Part shown: positions 39,270-50,500 of the stretch, piece by piece | Position numbering within the stretch: the stretch's first letter is position 1 | Layout of the letters: each line of letters begins with the position of its first letter | Origin: a phage | Strand: one strand, 5' to 3' | Assembly: GCA_012646185.1 (NCBI GenBank) | Contig: GCA_012646185.1_4706.1 | Length of the DNA stretch: 64,000 nt | The notes under the pieces: generated by a model | Told to the model about the DNA's origin: nothing | Seen by the model: only the letters and a program-made list of their open reading frames with translations | Databases searched by the model: none | Position numbers and translations under genes: made by a program

Positions 39270-40592
39270 TTACTGCTGTGCTGCGTCAGCCGGTTTCTCA
39301 GCCGCCTGGCCGCCGTACTCTTTCAGCATTTTAGCAACGCCATCCAGGACAGCGTTACCTGCCTGAACACCGTATTTCATCAGACCGGTCTGCGGGTTCA
39401 CATAGCAGGAACGTGCGTCTTTCAGCGCAGACAGTACAGCTTGAACACGCTGTTTTTCCTGAGCGGAAACTTCGCCTTTCTTAGACAGATCGGCTTCCAT
39501 ATCGTCACCGAATTTAACAGCGTCTTTGAAGCCCTGGGATTTCTTACCGATGTTGCCTTTCAGCGCCAGCAGTTTGTCAGCCAGTGCTTCAACACCGCTA
39601 ACCGCAGCAGCCAGCTGGTTCAGGGACAGGACGGTAGCTTCAACTTCTTTTGCTTCGCCGGAGCGTTCCCAGGTTACTTTACCATCATTGGCTTTGAAAC
39701 CCCAACCTGCCGGGCCAGCAACGTCAGCAATCGCCGGAGCGTTCAGTTTATCAGCGTACTCGGTGTGAGACTTAGCAATAACGGTACCAACGAATTTATC
39801 AGCACGATCGTCAGCAGCCTTCATTGCTTTCTCGAAGGTGTCGGCGATTTTGGTCGCGCTGGTAACCAGATCGTCGCCACCGGTGTAGCCTGAAACACCG
39901 CTACCCAGTTTAACTTTGGTATTTTTAGCAGTGCCTTTACGCTTGGCGATCATTTCTTTCAGTTTAGCAGCACGCGCTTTCAGTTTGGTCGCGCCGTCGA
40001 AGATGCGATCCATGAACTTCACGAAGGTTTCCCAGGAAGTCTTCAGGAAGTTCTTGATGGTTGCCCACAGTTTCTGCCACCATTTTTGTTCTTCCAGGAA
40101 GATCATGTTGGTTGCATCGTAGCGGGAAGCGGAACCACCGAAGCTTTCGAAGGACGGCATGGTTTCCGGCATTTTGAAACCGATAGTACCACACAGACGT
40201 TTCAGATTACGCATGTGTTCCTGAGCGGTCTGTGCAGACATACCACCGTCTTTCAGGTAGCTTTCGGTTGCAACAACGGTTTCCGTCAGTTCATCCATGG
40301 CATCATCCATGGCTTCTGCGGTTTCGTCGTCTTTTGCAATTTCGATAACAACAGAATCAACCTGCTCGATATCACCACGAACTTCGATAGCCAGTTCGGT
40401 TTCAGCTGCGGTATCTTCAGCGATTTCAGCACGTTCGGTCAGTTCAGCCACAACGTTTTCATCCGCTGCTGCAGCATCAGCTGCCGGTTCTGCTTCAACG
40501 GTTGCCGCTGCATCCGGATCGATCTCAGCAGCCAGTTGAACCAGCTGTGCGTTAGATGGATTTGCGACAAGACGATCAAAAATAGAAGGCAT
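39270..40592 (-). CDS. hypothetical protein, paralog family B (440 aa), Ala-rich, strong codon bias
   Basis: ATG at 40590-40592 with AAAGGAAA ribosome-binding site; codon usage resembles highly expressed host genes. Confidence 0.85.
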   Translation of the reverse strand: MPSIFDRLVANPSNAQLVQLAAEIDPDAAATVEAEPAADAAAADENVVAELTERAEIAEDTAAETELAIEVRGDIEQVDSVVIEIAKDDETAEAMDDAMDELTETVVATESYLKDGGMSAQTAQEHMRNLKRLCGTIGFKMPETMPSFESFGGSASRYDATNMIFLEEQKWWQKLWATIKNFLKTSWETFVKFMDRIFDGATKLKARAAKLKEMIAKRKGTAKNTKVKLGSGVSGYTGGDDLVTSATKIADTFEKAMKAADDRADKFVGTVIAKSHTEYADKLNAPAIADVAGPAGWGFKANDGKVTWERSGEAKEVEATVLSLNQLAAAVSGVEALADKLLALKGNIGKKSQGFKDAVKFGDDMEADLSKKGEVSAQEKQRVQAVLSALKDARSCYVNPQTGLMKYGVQAGNAVLDGVAKMLKEYGGQAAEKPADAAQQ

Positions 40593-40656
40593 AATTTGTT
40601 TCCTTTACAATAAATTGCACATTAGCTAATGTGGCTTAAGTGAACCGTCAGCTCAC

Positions 40657-41187
40657 TTAAAAGCCCTTAAAACCCGGTGCCATAGGTTGCCCAAACACCG
40701 CATTCAAAGTACATATGATGTCCTGGATGCCATTGTCCCAATGGAGCCAAGTACGCACCATCTCTTCGTCTGACAACGTGATATAACTCATAAGTTTACC
40801 GCTGCTTTCCAGACGTTGGTGTGAACTTAACGACTGACGATCTGACCAGTTATCAATCAATTGTCCAGCAATCTGTACGTTCGTGTCTCGTCTACCCGTA
40901 TGAATAAACCGTAGCGTATCACGGATAAACTCCAGACTGGTGAAGTTCAGATTTGGGTTATGGCTGTTCATTTCCACCCAATCGGTGATGGGGTACATCA
41001 AACGATAAAGGGTAGAAAGAACCTGACGTTCATATTTCCAGTCATCGAGAGGAGTACCATCGACCAGACGCTGATACAAACTAACAACGTCGCGATCGTA
41101 GTTCTCCTGGCGTTTTACACCGTTAACCGGAAATCCGAAGAACCCGGTACCGTATAACGTTAAAGGGACGTCACGAAGTGCATTCAT
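40657..41187 (-). CDS. hypothetical protein (176 aa)
   Basis: ATG at 41185-41187 overlapping the upstream TGA. Confidence 0.8.
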   Translation of the reverse strand: MNALRDVPLTLYGTGFFGFPVNGVKRQENYDRDVVSLYQRLVDGTPLDDWKYERQVLSTLYRLMYPITDWVEMNSHNPNLNFTSLEFIRDTLRFIHTGRRDTNVQIAGQLIDNWSDRQSLSSHQRLESSGKLMSYITLSDEEMVRTWLHWDNGIQDIICTLNAVFGQPMAPGFKGF

Positions 41188-42086
41188 ACAGCTGCCTCTT
41201 CTTTTCGTTTAATATCATAACGAAGTTTCTTCAGTCGCTCTTCGTGATATTCGATCTGCTGCTGGATTTTTGGATCGTTGCCCGCATTCTGCTGTTTTTG
41301 CTTCAGTGACAAAATCCAATACTCCAGCGCTTGGGCTTCTTCTTTGGCTGCTTGCAATGACGCTTCTTCACGTTCGCTGCGCCAGATGCGATAACGGTAA
41401 ATAAGCGTGTTGGTCATTTGAGTGTCGGACCATGAGCCCATACGCATCGGGTCAGTATTACCTGCGTTGTACAATCCATTACCAACACCGTCTTCATCAG
41501 AAACCACAACATCCGGGATTTTATCCAACCCAGCAAGGATCTGTTGTTTCTGTCCACATAGCACCTCGGTGGCGATGGCGAAACCGTACATGTTGGCGGT
41601 CAGGTAAGCAATCTCGTTTTTGGTGAAGAACTCACCAAGTGCCTTATCACCACCCGGCATGCTTTCGCAGATGACCGTTGCACGAAGCAGCGTACGGGCG
41701 TAGCTAACGTAGAAGCCCAGGGATTCAACAAGACGTACCAGAGCGGCTTCTTTGAAACTTAGACCGTCAGCAGCAACATCGATTTCCAGGTTTTTGTTAA
41801 CACGTTTAACGATTTCTGGAATCAGGTCGACAGCGTTGCGTAGCGCTAAGTGAACGTTTTCTACCCAGCTTCCAGAGCGAACGCGGGTTAAACGCTGGTG
41901 CAGATCCTTGTCAGCGAGTTTCCATAAGGCGCTTTCCCCTTTTTGGAGAAGCGAAGCGGATGTCTCGTAGTAAGGAATCGCGGTGTTGTTGATTTCGTCA
42001 CGGATCGATTCAAGTGCGTCAGCAACACCGGTGCGTTTAAAAAGCGGCTTCAAACCGCGAATGAATTCTTTAAAATCAATTGCCAT
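41184..42086 (-). CDS. hypothetical protein (300 aa)
   Basis: ATG at 42084-42086. Confidence 0.8.
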   Translation of the reverse strand: MAIDFKEFIRGLKPLFKRTGVADALESIRDEINNTAIPYYETSASLLQKGESALWKLADKDLHQRLTRVRSGSWVENVHLALRNAVDLIPEIVKRVNKNLEIDVAADGLSFKEAALVRLVESLGFYVSYARTLLRATVICESMPGGDKALGEFFTKNEIAYLTANMYGFAIATEVLCGQKQQILAGLDKIPDVVVSDEDGVGNGLYNAGNTDPMRMGSWSDTQMTNTLIYRYRIWRSEREEASLQAAKEEAQALEYWILSLKQKQQNAGNDPKIQQQIEYHEERLKKLRYDIKRKEEAAV

Positions 42087-42125
42087 GAGTGAGCACCTAT
42101 GCTATTTCGAAACAGGTTACGTGTA

Positions 42126-43232
42126 TTAACGAATCTGTGGGACGTTTCCGGTACGGAGCGCCTGGAGGATCGTCAGAAGATCGGAACCCGAGGTTGACGA
42201 ACTGTTGGATTTTTCCAGTTGCTTGAAGCTTACGGTGGTCCCTTGATCCAAGCTGTGGAAATAGAAGGTCACCATCTCTTCAGCTTCGTCGATGATGATC
42301 AACTGCATTGCGAGGGCTTCAGCCATGACTTTCTGACGTGTGGTATAGTCAGATAAACGACGTCCGATCTTACGCTCGATGGCTTCCTGGTTAGCCTTAG
42401 AGATGATATAGGTGGAGGCGATTGCTCCAGAAGAAGGGATCTTTGTGCTCGCTGCAGCTTTTGCGGCATTGATGCGCGCAGCGTTAACAGCCTTACGGAT
42501 ACCCTCTTTATCCATGCGTGAGATTCGTTTATGCTCACGAACCAGATCGCTAAGCAGGATCATATCGCTCCAGAAAGATAGCTCACCGGCCATCATGCGA
42601 TGCCAACGTGCTCGCCAGGTGTTCTGTGGACCGCCAATCGCTAAAATCGACGCAAGCACTTCCGCTGGCGAACTCGCGATACGCATGCTGATGTTCAACG
42701 GCATTTTCATCGTTGCCTGACCATCGGTCAGCGTCACGGTTAAGAACTTGCCGGTGACCGCGTTCGCATCTTTGTTCAGCAATTCGATCGCTGCGTCGCT
42801 GGCTCCAACATCGAGGCTATTTTTTTGTTTCCCTTGCAGGTTGAATCCTTTGTCATCAAGGAAAACAAGGCTTTTGCTATCCGCACTTTCCAGCGCTAAT
42901 TTAATAGCCTTATCCGTCAGGTTAGCGTTACGATTTGGGTTAACACGACCCAGCGTTTTATCGACACTGATGTTACCCACCTGCATGATGGTATTCAACG
43001 CCAGTAAATAGAACCCGGTATACATGTTTTCAGCGGTGCGCATGCAGTTGCCTAACGCATTGCGTGCGTCGCTATAATACAACTCACGTTCAAAGATCAA
43101 CGGCGCGATAACGCGTGAAGGTTGTGAGAGTTCAACCAACGAACCTGGCTGGATAAGTTTATTAACTTCGTAGACTTTAGCGATACCGGACGCAACAACG
43201 TTAACAGCGTCGGCAATTTCTGATGCTACCAT
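42126..43232 (-). CDS. hypothetical protein (368 aa)
   Basis: ATG at 43230-43232; divergent from the 43267 gene. Confidence 0.8.
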   Translation of the reverse strand: MVASEIADAVNVVASGIAKVYEVNKLIQPGSLVELSQPSRVIAPLIFERELYYSDARNALGNCMRTAENMYTGFYLLALNTIMQVGNISVDKTLGRVNPNRNANLTDKAIKLALESADSKSLVFLDDKGFNLQGKQKNSLDVGASDAAIELLNKDANAVTGKFLTVTLTDGQATMKMPLNISMRIASSPAEVLASILAIGGPQNTWRARWHRMMAGELSFWSDMILLSDLVREHKRISRMDKEGIRKAVNAARINAAKAAASTKIPSSGAIASTYIISKANQEAIERKIGRRLSDYTTRQKVMAEALAMQLIIIDEAEEMVTFYFHSLDQGTTVSFKQLEKSNSSSTSGSDLLTILQALRTGNVPQIR

Positions 43233-43266
43233 ATTGAAATCCTTATTTACAAATAAAGGAAAGAAA

Positions 43267-44472
43267 ATGTCTAATTACTACGACCAAGCTATTCAAACCA
43301 TTCAGGAGAATAATGCGTCGTTAACACCCGAAGCTGTGGAGGCAGCGGGCAATGCGGTGTTATTCACTGATTCGGATTGGGCAATAGCGCGGAAGAATAT
43401 TCGTACCAGTGTCGGTCAAGGGACATACGAGGACAGTATCGCCAGACGGTATCGGAATGTGTCACCTATTCCGGGTAACAGTCCGATTCCGATTAACCGC
43501 GATCATGCCGGTATTACCTTCTTCACACGACCTAATTTACATCTTACCGACGCGAACTTAAAACGAGATCGACGTTTGTGGTCGTTACGTACGGATAACC
43601 CTAACAGTATTCAGGCTGTTGTCCGTGACTACTTGGACCCTGTGGGTGCCAGAAAGCGGAACCATCGAGGACGTGCCATCGTCGATGAGCGCAATCCATT
43701 CATAAGTATACTGACGGACAACCTGACGGATATCAGCGGTTTCAATGACATGGAAATGCAGGTCTATCAGGGCAAACCGGGATTACGCCAAGAAACCGTT
43801 GTGATGGCTGACGGTTCGGTGGATATGTTCCAGCCTTATAACCTGAACGCGACATTCAAGAACATCATGGGTAACCCCATCATGTTCCTTCATTATATTT
43901 GGTTGATTTACATCGCTGGTGTGCATAATGGCGAACTGACGCCAAGCCCTCAGGCCATCATTGATAATGAAATGGATTACTGGACAAGATGTTATCGTAT
44001 CATCCTGGATCCGACTGGGATGTATGTTCGTTATATCTTCGCACCGACCGCGATGTTTCCTGTCGGACTACCGATTGGTAATATGGCTAACTACAGCATC
44101 GATAAACCCTTCACGCAAGATAACGAACGTATCACTATCCCATACCAAGCGGTTGGTAACAACGCATTCGATGAAATTCTGAAGGATGAATTCAATCGCC
44201 TTGTCCTGATGTTCTATTACGGTGAGAACGATACCCGTACGTTCCTTGAAGATGAGGAGTTGGTACCTATCTCACCCTACGAGCGTCGAATCATGTCGTA
44301 TCGTGTCGATATGTATCCATTTATTCATCCGTTGACCTCAGAGCTTCTTTGGTTCGTACCCGCCGATGATTACAACGAATTCTATCTGGATCTTGAGCCG
44401 TCGGCGTTACCACCGGATACGTTCAGTCGCGATCTTGTCCGTACCACCATTCCGCAAAATTACGAGGGATAA
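43267..44472 (+). CDS. hypothetical protein (~401 aa), start moved from TTG 43234 to ATG 43267
   Basis: ATG at 43267 has AAAGGAAAG ribosome-binding site; the track TTG start would overlap the divergent gene. Confidence 0.8.
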   Translation: MSNYYDQAIQTIQENNASLTPEAVEAAGNAVLFTDSDWAIARKNIRTSVGQGTYEDSIARRYRNVSPIPGNSPIPINRDHAGITFFTRPNLHLTDANLKRDRRLWSLRTDNPNSIQAVVRDYLDPVGARKRNHRGRAIVDERNPFISILTDNLTDISGFNDMEMQVYQGKPGLRQETVVMADGSVDMFQPYNLNATFKNIMGNPIMFLHYIWLIYIAGVHNGELTPSPQAIIDNEMDYWTRCYRIILDPTGMYVRYIFAPTAMFPVGLPIGNMANYSIDKPFTQDNERITIPYQAVGNNAFDEILKDEFNRLVLMFYYGENDTRTFLEDEELVPISPYERRIMSYRVDMYPFIHPLTSELLWFVPADDYNEFYLDLEPSALPPDTFSRDLVRTTIPQNYEG

Positions 44473-44475
44473 TAA

Positions 44476-47469
44476 ATGAGCGTAACCAACAAAGATCTTG
44501 CTGAACAGCTCAATCGTTATATGCTTTCACCTATTGAAATGCAGGCTGTTGCAAGCGATATGATCCGTTTGGCCTCTGATGGTGAATTAACCCTGGTTGA
44601 TCCCAGCTGTCCGTTTGTTTATCTGCTGGAGGTTGCAACGGCAACGGCTGCGAACCAGAACGCGCGGGATGAGTCCCGTGTTCGCGAACTGTATCCAAAA
44701 CTTGCAACCAACTGGAACCAGCTCTATCGTTGGATGTATGATGAGTCGTACGTCGGACGTTTCGCGATGCCGGGTAAAACGGAAATCATTTATTCGTTAG
44801 GGTATCAGGAAATCCTCGATCGGGCTGTAGAGATTCCCAACACCATTGCCTCCGATGATTTAAGCCGTTCTTACAGCCGTAAGTTAGTGATACCACGTAC
44901 GACGGCGTTTACGGTGGCCGGAATGGATTTCGGGTTACATTATCCCATCGAAATCCAAGTACAAGCGCATGATCAGATCCGCGTCGTTTATAACACCGAT
45001 AACATCAGCCCATTGCAAACCTTGGAGAGTAACCAAGTTGAGTACGGGGTTGTTCGTGTAAAAGCGGGTAAAGTGTTGGTGATGCGTATCCCGCTGTTCC
45101 AGTTTAAAACACTGGTAAAAGATGTGCCGTTTAACAGCGTTCACGGGATGAACAGCAGCATTACCTTCGAAGATCAGTTTTACCATTGTCGTGCGTACAT
45201 GTCGTCGGATAACGATACCTGGACGGAGATAGCGACAACGCACAGTCAACAGATCTACGATCCGTTAACACCAACCATCGCGTTACAAGTAGAAGGGAAC
45301 AAACTTAACTGGCGTGTTCCTGAAATCTATTTGTCTCAAGGTACGATGGATAAAAGCACCATTCGACTTGAGGTGTTGACGACGAAAGGGAAAATCAGCG
45401 TCGACCCGTCTGATTACGATGTGACCGACTGGAAAGATAATTACATCGATTTGTCGCCAAAAGCCGAACAGAAATACAGTGCGCCGCTAAGTGCATTCAA
45501 CATTAAAGGGATTTATAGCGAAGGGGCGTTGTCGGGCGGACGATCTGCGTTAACGTTCGAGGAACAACGTGAACGTGTTATGGCAGGTGTGAACAAAACC
45601 AAGGTGCCGATCACAGGAACGCAGGTCGAGCTGGTGCTTCAAGATGCGGGTTACGGGATGGTGACCACCATCGACAACGTAACTAATCGTTCGTTCCTGG
45701 CAACCCGAGATTTACCGCAATTGAGCGACAGCGTACCTCAAGCCGGTTCGTTGATGGGGTCTTTCTATACGTCAGCTGCAGCATTGGTGAAAAGTAAGTT
45801 TGTCGCCGATAACGGCGATCGTATTACGATTAAACCTGATTGCTTGTATCGTGACAGTAACGGAAGTATCGCACTGTTGTCAGACGATGAAATTGACCGT
45901 ATTAATGCAGGCAACTCTGATGCGAAGTTGAACGCGGTAAACAACGCCATGTTGTTCTACAGTCCGTTTCATTACGTATTAGATGCAACAAGCGATTTCG
46001 ACATCCATGCTTATTACCTGGATGCCCCTAAGATCGGCACGCAAGCATTCCTCGACGCGAACGAGACAATCCCGTTAACCGCTATGGTGACCGGATACCG
46101 TCTGGATCGTATCGCTGAAGGATATCGTCTAAGCCTCATTGTAGAAGGTAACGACGCGTGGAAGGCGCTCGACGATAAAAACGTGCACATCCAGCTGGGG
46201 TTCAATCCGCGGGGTGAGGGTGATTATGCGACGATGTTAGCATCGCCTACAACCGATGAACAAGGTCGTCGTTTGTTCACCTTCGATATCACCACGAATT
46301 ACGATTTTACACGAATCCTGGCTGATGATTCCACGGCGTATGAACCGTATATCGCATTGACCTCTTTCTCGATGTATGAATCGACACCGCGGGCTTACTG
46401 GGCATCACTGCAGCAGTATTTGGAAATCTTCCATGTGGTGACGGATTACGCGCCGGAAGATGTCGACGGTATTTTACACAGCGCTTCCGATAATTACCTG
46501 GTTAAGAAACTCACGCTTCAAAATGGGTATTGTTTCTACCGTGAACGTCTCACCGCAACCTTTGGTTATGATCTGGACGGTCTTTGGATGCGCTCACGTA
46601 CGGTGGCCTCGGAGATTACGTATAAACGTTACACCGAGAACATTCCGTGGGTGTATGACGAAGATATTCCAGCGACGGATGAGACCGGTTCGGTTATCAT
46701 TGAGCAAGGCGATGATGGTACGTTGTCGGTTAAATATCTGCATCGTAAAGGTGACCCGAAATTAAACAGTGATGGAAGCCAAGCCTATCGTTATCTGAAA
46801 GGCGACATCATGAAAGATAATTACGGTAATCCGATCCCTGTCGATGAACGTGAGGTTCTGCGTAACCTGGACATGTTCTTTATCGATGCGTCGTATCTGC
46901 TCGCGAACGATACGGACGTGATTGACTATCGTAACACGATTCCTACACAGCTTATTGAGTGGATTCAGAACGATATCAGCACGTTCAGGAATTTCTGTTA
47001 TGAGGAAACAGAGATTTCATTGTATCCTAAGCAATCGCTGGGGTATGTGGATGTGATTGTGGAAAACGGATTGGAAACAACGCTTCCTGCTGCCTTATCG
47101 TTCAACGTGACGCTTTACTTACCGGCTAAGCAATACGCTGACCTGGATTTACGTCAAGTTCTTCAAGCGATGGTATCGAAAGTCATCAACGAATGCTTAA
47201 CATCCCGTACGGTGGCTAAAGCAGAAATGATCGCGATGATTCGTGAGGAGGGCGGTGACGACATCCTTAACGTTGAAATCGATGATTTTGGGCCAGGTAA
47301 GAACCTCAGTGTTTATACCGCGAAGAACGACGGCGTTCGTTGTGCGGTGAAGAAAGAGCTTTATGTTAAAGCGGATGGTATCTTGTCCGTACGTGAAGCG
47401 ATCGATGTGAGTTTTGTGAAACACGCACAAAGCAACAGTTCAGCGCTAGCGCAAGGCCTTCGTGTCTAA
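44476..47469 (+). CDS. large hypothetical protein (997 aa)
   Basis: ATG at 44476 with GAGGGA ribosome-binding site; starts 3 nt after the upstream stop. Confidence 0.85.
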   Translation: MSVTNKDLAEQLNRYMLSPIEMQAVASDMIRLASDGELTLVDPSCPFVYLLEVATATAANQNARDESRVRELYPKLATNWNQLYRWMYDESYVGRFAMPGKTEIIYSLGYQEILDRAVEIPNTIASDDLSRSYSRKLVIPRTTAFTVAGMDFGLHYPIEIQVQAHDQIRVVYNTDNISPLQTLESNQVEYGVVRVKAGKVLVMRIPLFQFKTLVKDVPFNSVHGMNSSITFEDQFYHCRAYMSSDNDTWTEIATTHSQQIYDPLTPTIALQVEGNKLNWRVPEIYLSQGTMDKSTIRLEVLTTKGKISVDPSDYDVTDWKDNYIDLSPKAEQKYSAPLSAFNIKGIYSEGALSGGRSALTFEEQRERVMAGVNKTKVPITGTQVELVLQDAGYGMVTTIDNVTNRSFLATRDLPQLSDSVPQAGSLMGSFYTSAAALVKSKFVADNGDRITIKPDCLYRDSNGSIALLSDDEIDRINAGNSDAKLNAVNNAMLFYSPFHYVLDATSDFDIHAYYLDAPKIGTQAFLDANETIPLTAMVTGYRLDRIAEGYRLSLIVEGNDAWKALDDKNVHIQLGFNPRGEGDYATMLASPTTDEQGRRLFTFDITTNYDFTRILADDSTAYEPYIALTSFSMYESTPRAYWASLQQYLEIFHVVTDYAPEDVDGILHSASDNYLVKKLTLQNGYCFYRERLTATFGYDLDGLWMRSRTVASEITYKRYTENIPWVYDEDIPATDETGSVIIEQGDDGTLSVKYLHRKGDPKLNSDGSQAYRYLKGDIMKDNYGNPIPVDEREVLRNLDMFFIDASYLLANDTDVIDYRNTIPTQLIEWIQNDISTFRNFCYEETEISLYPKQSLGYVDVIVENGLETTLPAALSFNVTLYLPAKQYADLDLRQVLQAMVSKVINECLTSRTVAKAEMIAMIREEGGDDILNVEIDDFGPGKNLSVYTAKNDGVRCAVKKELYVKADGILSVREAIDVSFVKHAQSNSSALAQGLRV

Positions 47470-47490
47470 AACAAAATAGCATGAGCATAA

Positions 47491-47522
47491 CCCTCCTCCA
47501 ACCCGTCAGGGAAGGAGGAGGG
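47491..47522. terminator. conserved terminator hairpin between convergent genes
   Basis: CCCTCCTCC-AA-CCC-GTCA-GGG-AA-GGAGGAGGG. Confidence 0.75.
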
Positions 47523-47531
47523 AATATGCTG

Positions 47532-50500
47532 TTATCTTACGTTATTGCTGTTCTGCTGTTCGCTGAACCAACCGTACACCTTGAGATCGGTACCGTATTT
47601 CAATGCGATATACGCATTCAGTGCGGCACAGAACAAAGACGCGAATGCCCATATCAGCGAAGGATCAACATCTTCCGTTACCACCGGGAGAGTATTATCC
47701 GGTTCCCATGATGGAGAACTGTCCATGAACGTCGTGACCATTACTCGCCGTTGTTCTTCGGTGGTAAAGTCGCTATGAGGTTCCAACGCTTCTTTTGCCA
47801 GACGTCGATATTCGAACATATGCGTTGCTAAAGCCGATGAGTTACCAGATTCGCCTTCATAGTTCGGATCCACCGCATAACAGAGTTCTGTTGAATCTAA
47901 CAAAGCAACCGCCTGTGTGATGCTGTCGGCAGTGCCTGCACCATAGAGTTCGATAGACCGCGAAAGCTTCTCACAGAACGCATCCAACGCGGCAGGATTG
48001 GACACCTGAAGGTCAAGGCCTAATGTCCACGGATAGTTACTGAATACACCCGTAAACCGCGGCATAACACCCAACAGATGTTGTCCGATTACAGCACGGT
48101 TATAAACAGCCCGGTTATAGACTTGAAACGCAGCCTCCAAAGCTTGGTTATAATGACGACGAAGTTCGTCACGAGAGTTGCGGAACCTGTTTGCCGCAAG
48201 ACTCGTGGCTGCGACGCTACAAACATCGTAATTGGTGGACGAGAGCACAGTTTCGTTAAGATCGAACGCTTCCTGTTTCAACGATCCGCTAACCGCTGCT
48301 GCTTCGCTGTTTGCTTTATCGACAACAGTACTCAAAGCGTTGATGTAACGTTTAGCTCGGACTTCCAGCCATTGTGCGATGCCGAGAACATCCACAGCGG
48401 CTTTAGCAAGGTCACGCGCGTTCACGATTTCGTTCTTCAAGGCACCCAACCCTTTATTCTCAGGCGAAGAGGCTTGTTGACGAATCATGCTGTTTAACAT
48501 GGTAAGCAGATTATCCAACTCGTGCCCACTGACCTTGTTACGCGCATCGGTAATCGGCCCTTGCAGGAATTTACGGCAACCATCGTTGTATCGAATCAGT
48601 TTATCCACATCGATAGATTCGTTCGTGGATTCCTTGAACTGATCCTTCAATTCTTCACGGTAGTCATGGATTTCACTTGCGAGATTATCGATAGTGATAC
48701 CATCATGTCCAAGAAGAACTTTATTGAAGTTACCTTTCTCGAATGCCAGAGCAAGACCTTCACGAATCTTAGCGAGTTTATCCTGATCAAGTTCACGACC
48801 GTTCGATAGCTCTTTCACTTCCGAGCTGATTAATGCCGAAACGTTACCCAGATTGTCGGTAACCCCTTTGAACGCTCCCGACCAGATCGTTCCTGCTTCA
48901 GCGTATTTCGCAATGGTCTGAATACCGACGGTGTGCAGCGACGCTAAACGTTTCTTCGTGCCTTCGGTAAGCAGAGCGTCTTTAGCTCGCGTAAGCTGGC
49001 TGTTATTAGCTTCCGCCTGCTGAATCGCTGCTTTCGCACTTCCATTACGCCAGCTCTTAACCAGCCAATCAACCAAACGTTTTAGGATGTTGACGGTATA
49101 TTCCATCGTCCGCCGTAACGTTTCCCACGCGCTTTCTGCGGTATAGATGCCGTACCCTTCCATCTTCAACGCTTTCAAGCTTGTTTGACGTGCCAGCCAT
49201 TCTACCGTTGCGGAACAAACGTTTACAAAGGCTTCCAGGTAGGTGTAATAGACGTCTGTTGCCGACGTTTCGTTGAACTTTGAATGCAGATAGAACTGAT
49301 CGTAAAGTTCGTCGTCATCGCCGAAGGCATCATAGTTCCACAGTTCTGTATCACAACCTGTACCGCAGAAGACGTCAGCTGTCGTAAACTCTTTAAGCGC
49401 TTTAGCTGCATCATTCGTCAGGAATTTACCCGTTTCGACTACATCGTCGACATTAAGCTTGGGGAGTTCGTCGGTGACTGGCTCTTCCAACATCAGCATA
49501 TTGAAGAATGTGCTGTACTTGTATCCGAGCCATTTTGGATAACTGCTTTCAGGGATCGTAGACAACGGCTTGATTTTCTTGGCTTCAGCCAATGTGTCTT
49601 TTGCGACCTGATATTGGTTTTCCCCAGCCTTGACGCGACGTAATGCTTTTTCTTCCAACTGCTTAAGCTTGGCATGGCGTGCTTGTGCTGGAGCTTCAAC
49701 AAGTTTTTGTACTGACCGCATTGCAGAAATCGCTTCTTTTAATACGATCATCGGCATACGAACTTTGCCGTCGTCGAAACTAAGAGCGCGAGCGACACGT
49801 TTACTTACGACAGGCTTATCATGGATATTTCGTTCCACCCATGATTTGTTTGCGTAAGTTTGAGCGATCTGCTGTTGGATATTTTCAAGGTATTTCCAGC
49901 CGTTGGAAGCTTTGTTATCCAGAAGCGGATTCGGTCCCTTCTTATCGAAAAGTTTCAGAATCGGACCAAAGAAACCTTCCTGTACGAGTTCGATACGCGT
50001 GTATCCGTCAGCCGCTTCGATTTCTTCTTGGGTTTTGTCCCAGAGCTGTTCACTACGGACAGCAGTAGCTGTTTCAGATACCGACATAACAAGCTCGGCA
50101 ACAACTTCAGCACAGGTCAGTACGGTACGCACGCATTGCACTAGCATACGCTGGTAAACGATACGTGCGTTTTGTAGACGTGCGATAACCGCTAAATAAC
50201 CGATATTGTCAAGACGTTCGTCGGCTTGAGCAGAGTCGACACGTTCTATCAGTTGTTTAACCAGCGCGGCTGTTTCCGGATAATCGTTCACGACGTCACG
50301 CATAATTCGTGATGCGAAAACCGCGGTACCTAAAACGTTAAGAAGTGTTTTACCGTCCCATTCTTTTGGTGTCGCTACCGATTCGGTAGGGATGAGATTT
50401 CCCGCTTGATCGAAGTATGGCATAAGGACATTGATATCCGTAGACGGTACTGCGGTGATTGCGTTGTACTCTTCATCCGCACCATCGTTGCCAGACGGCT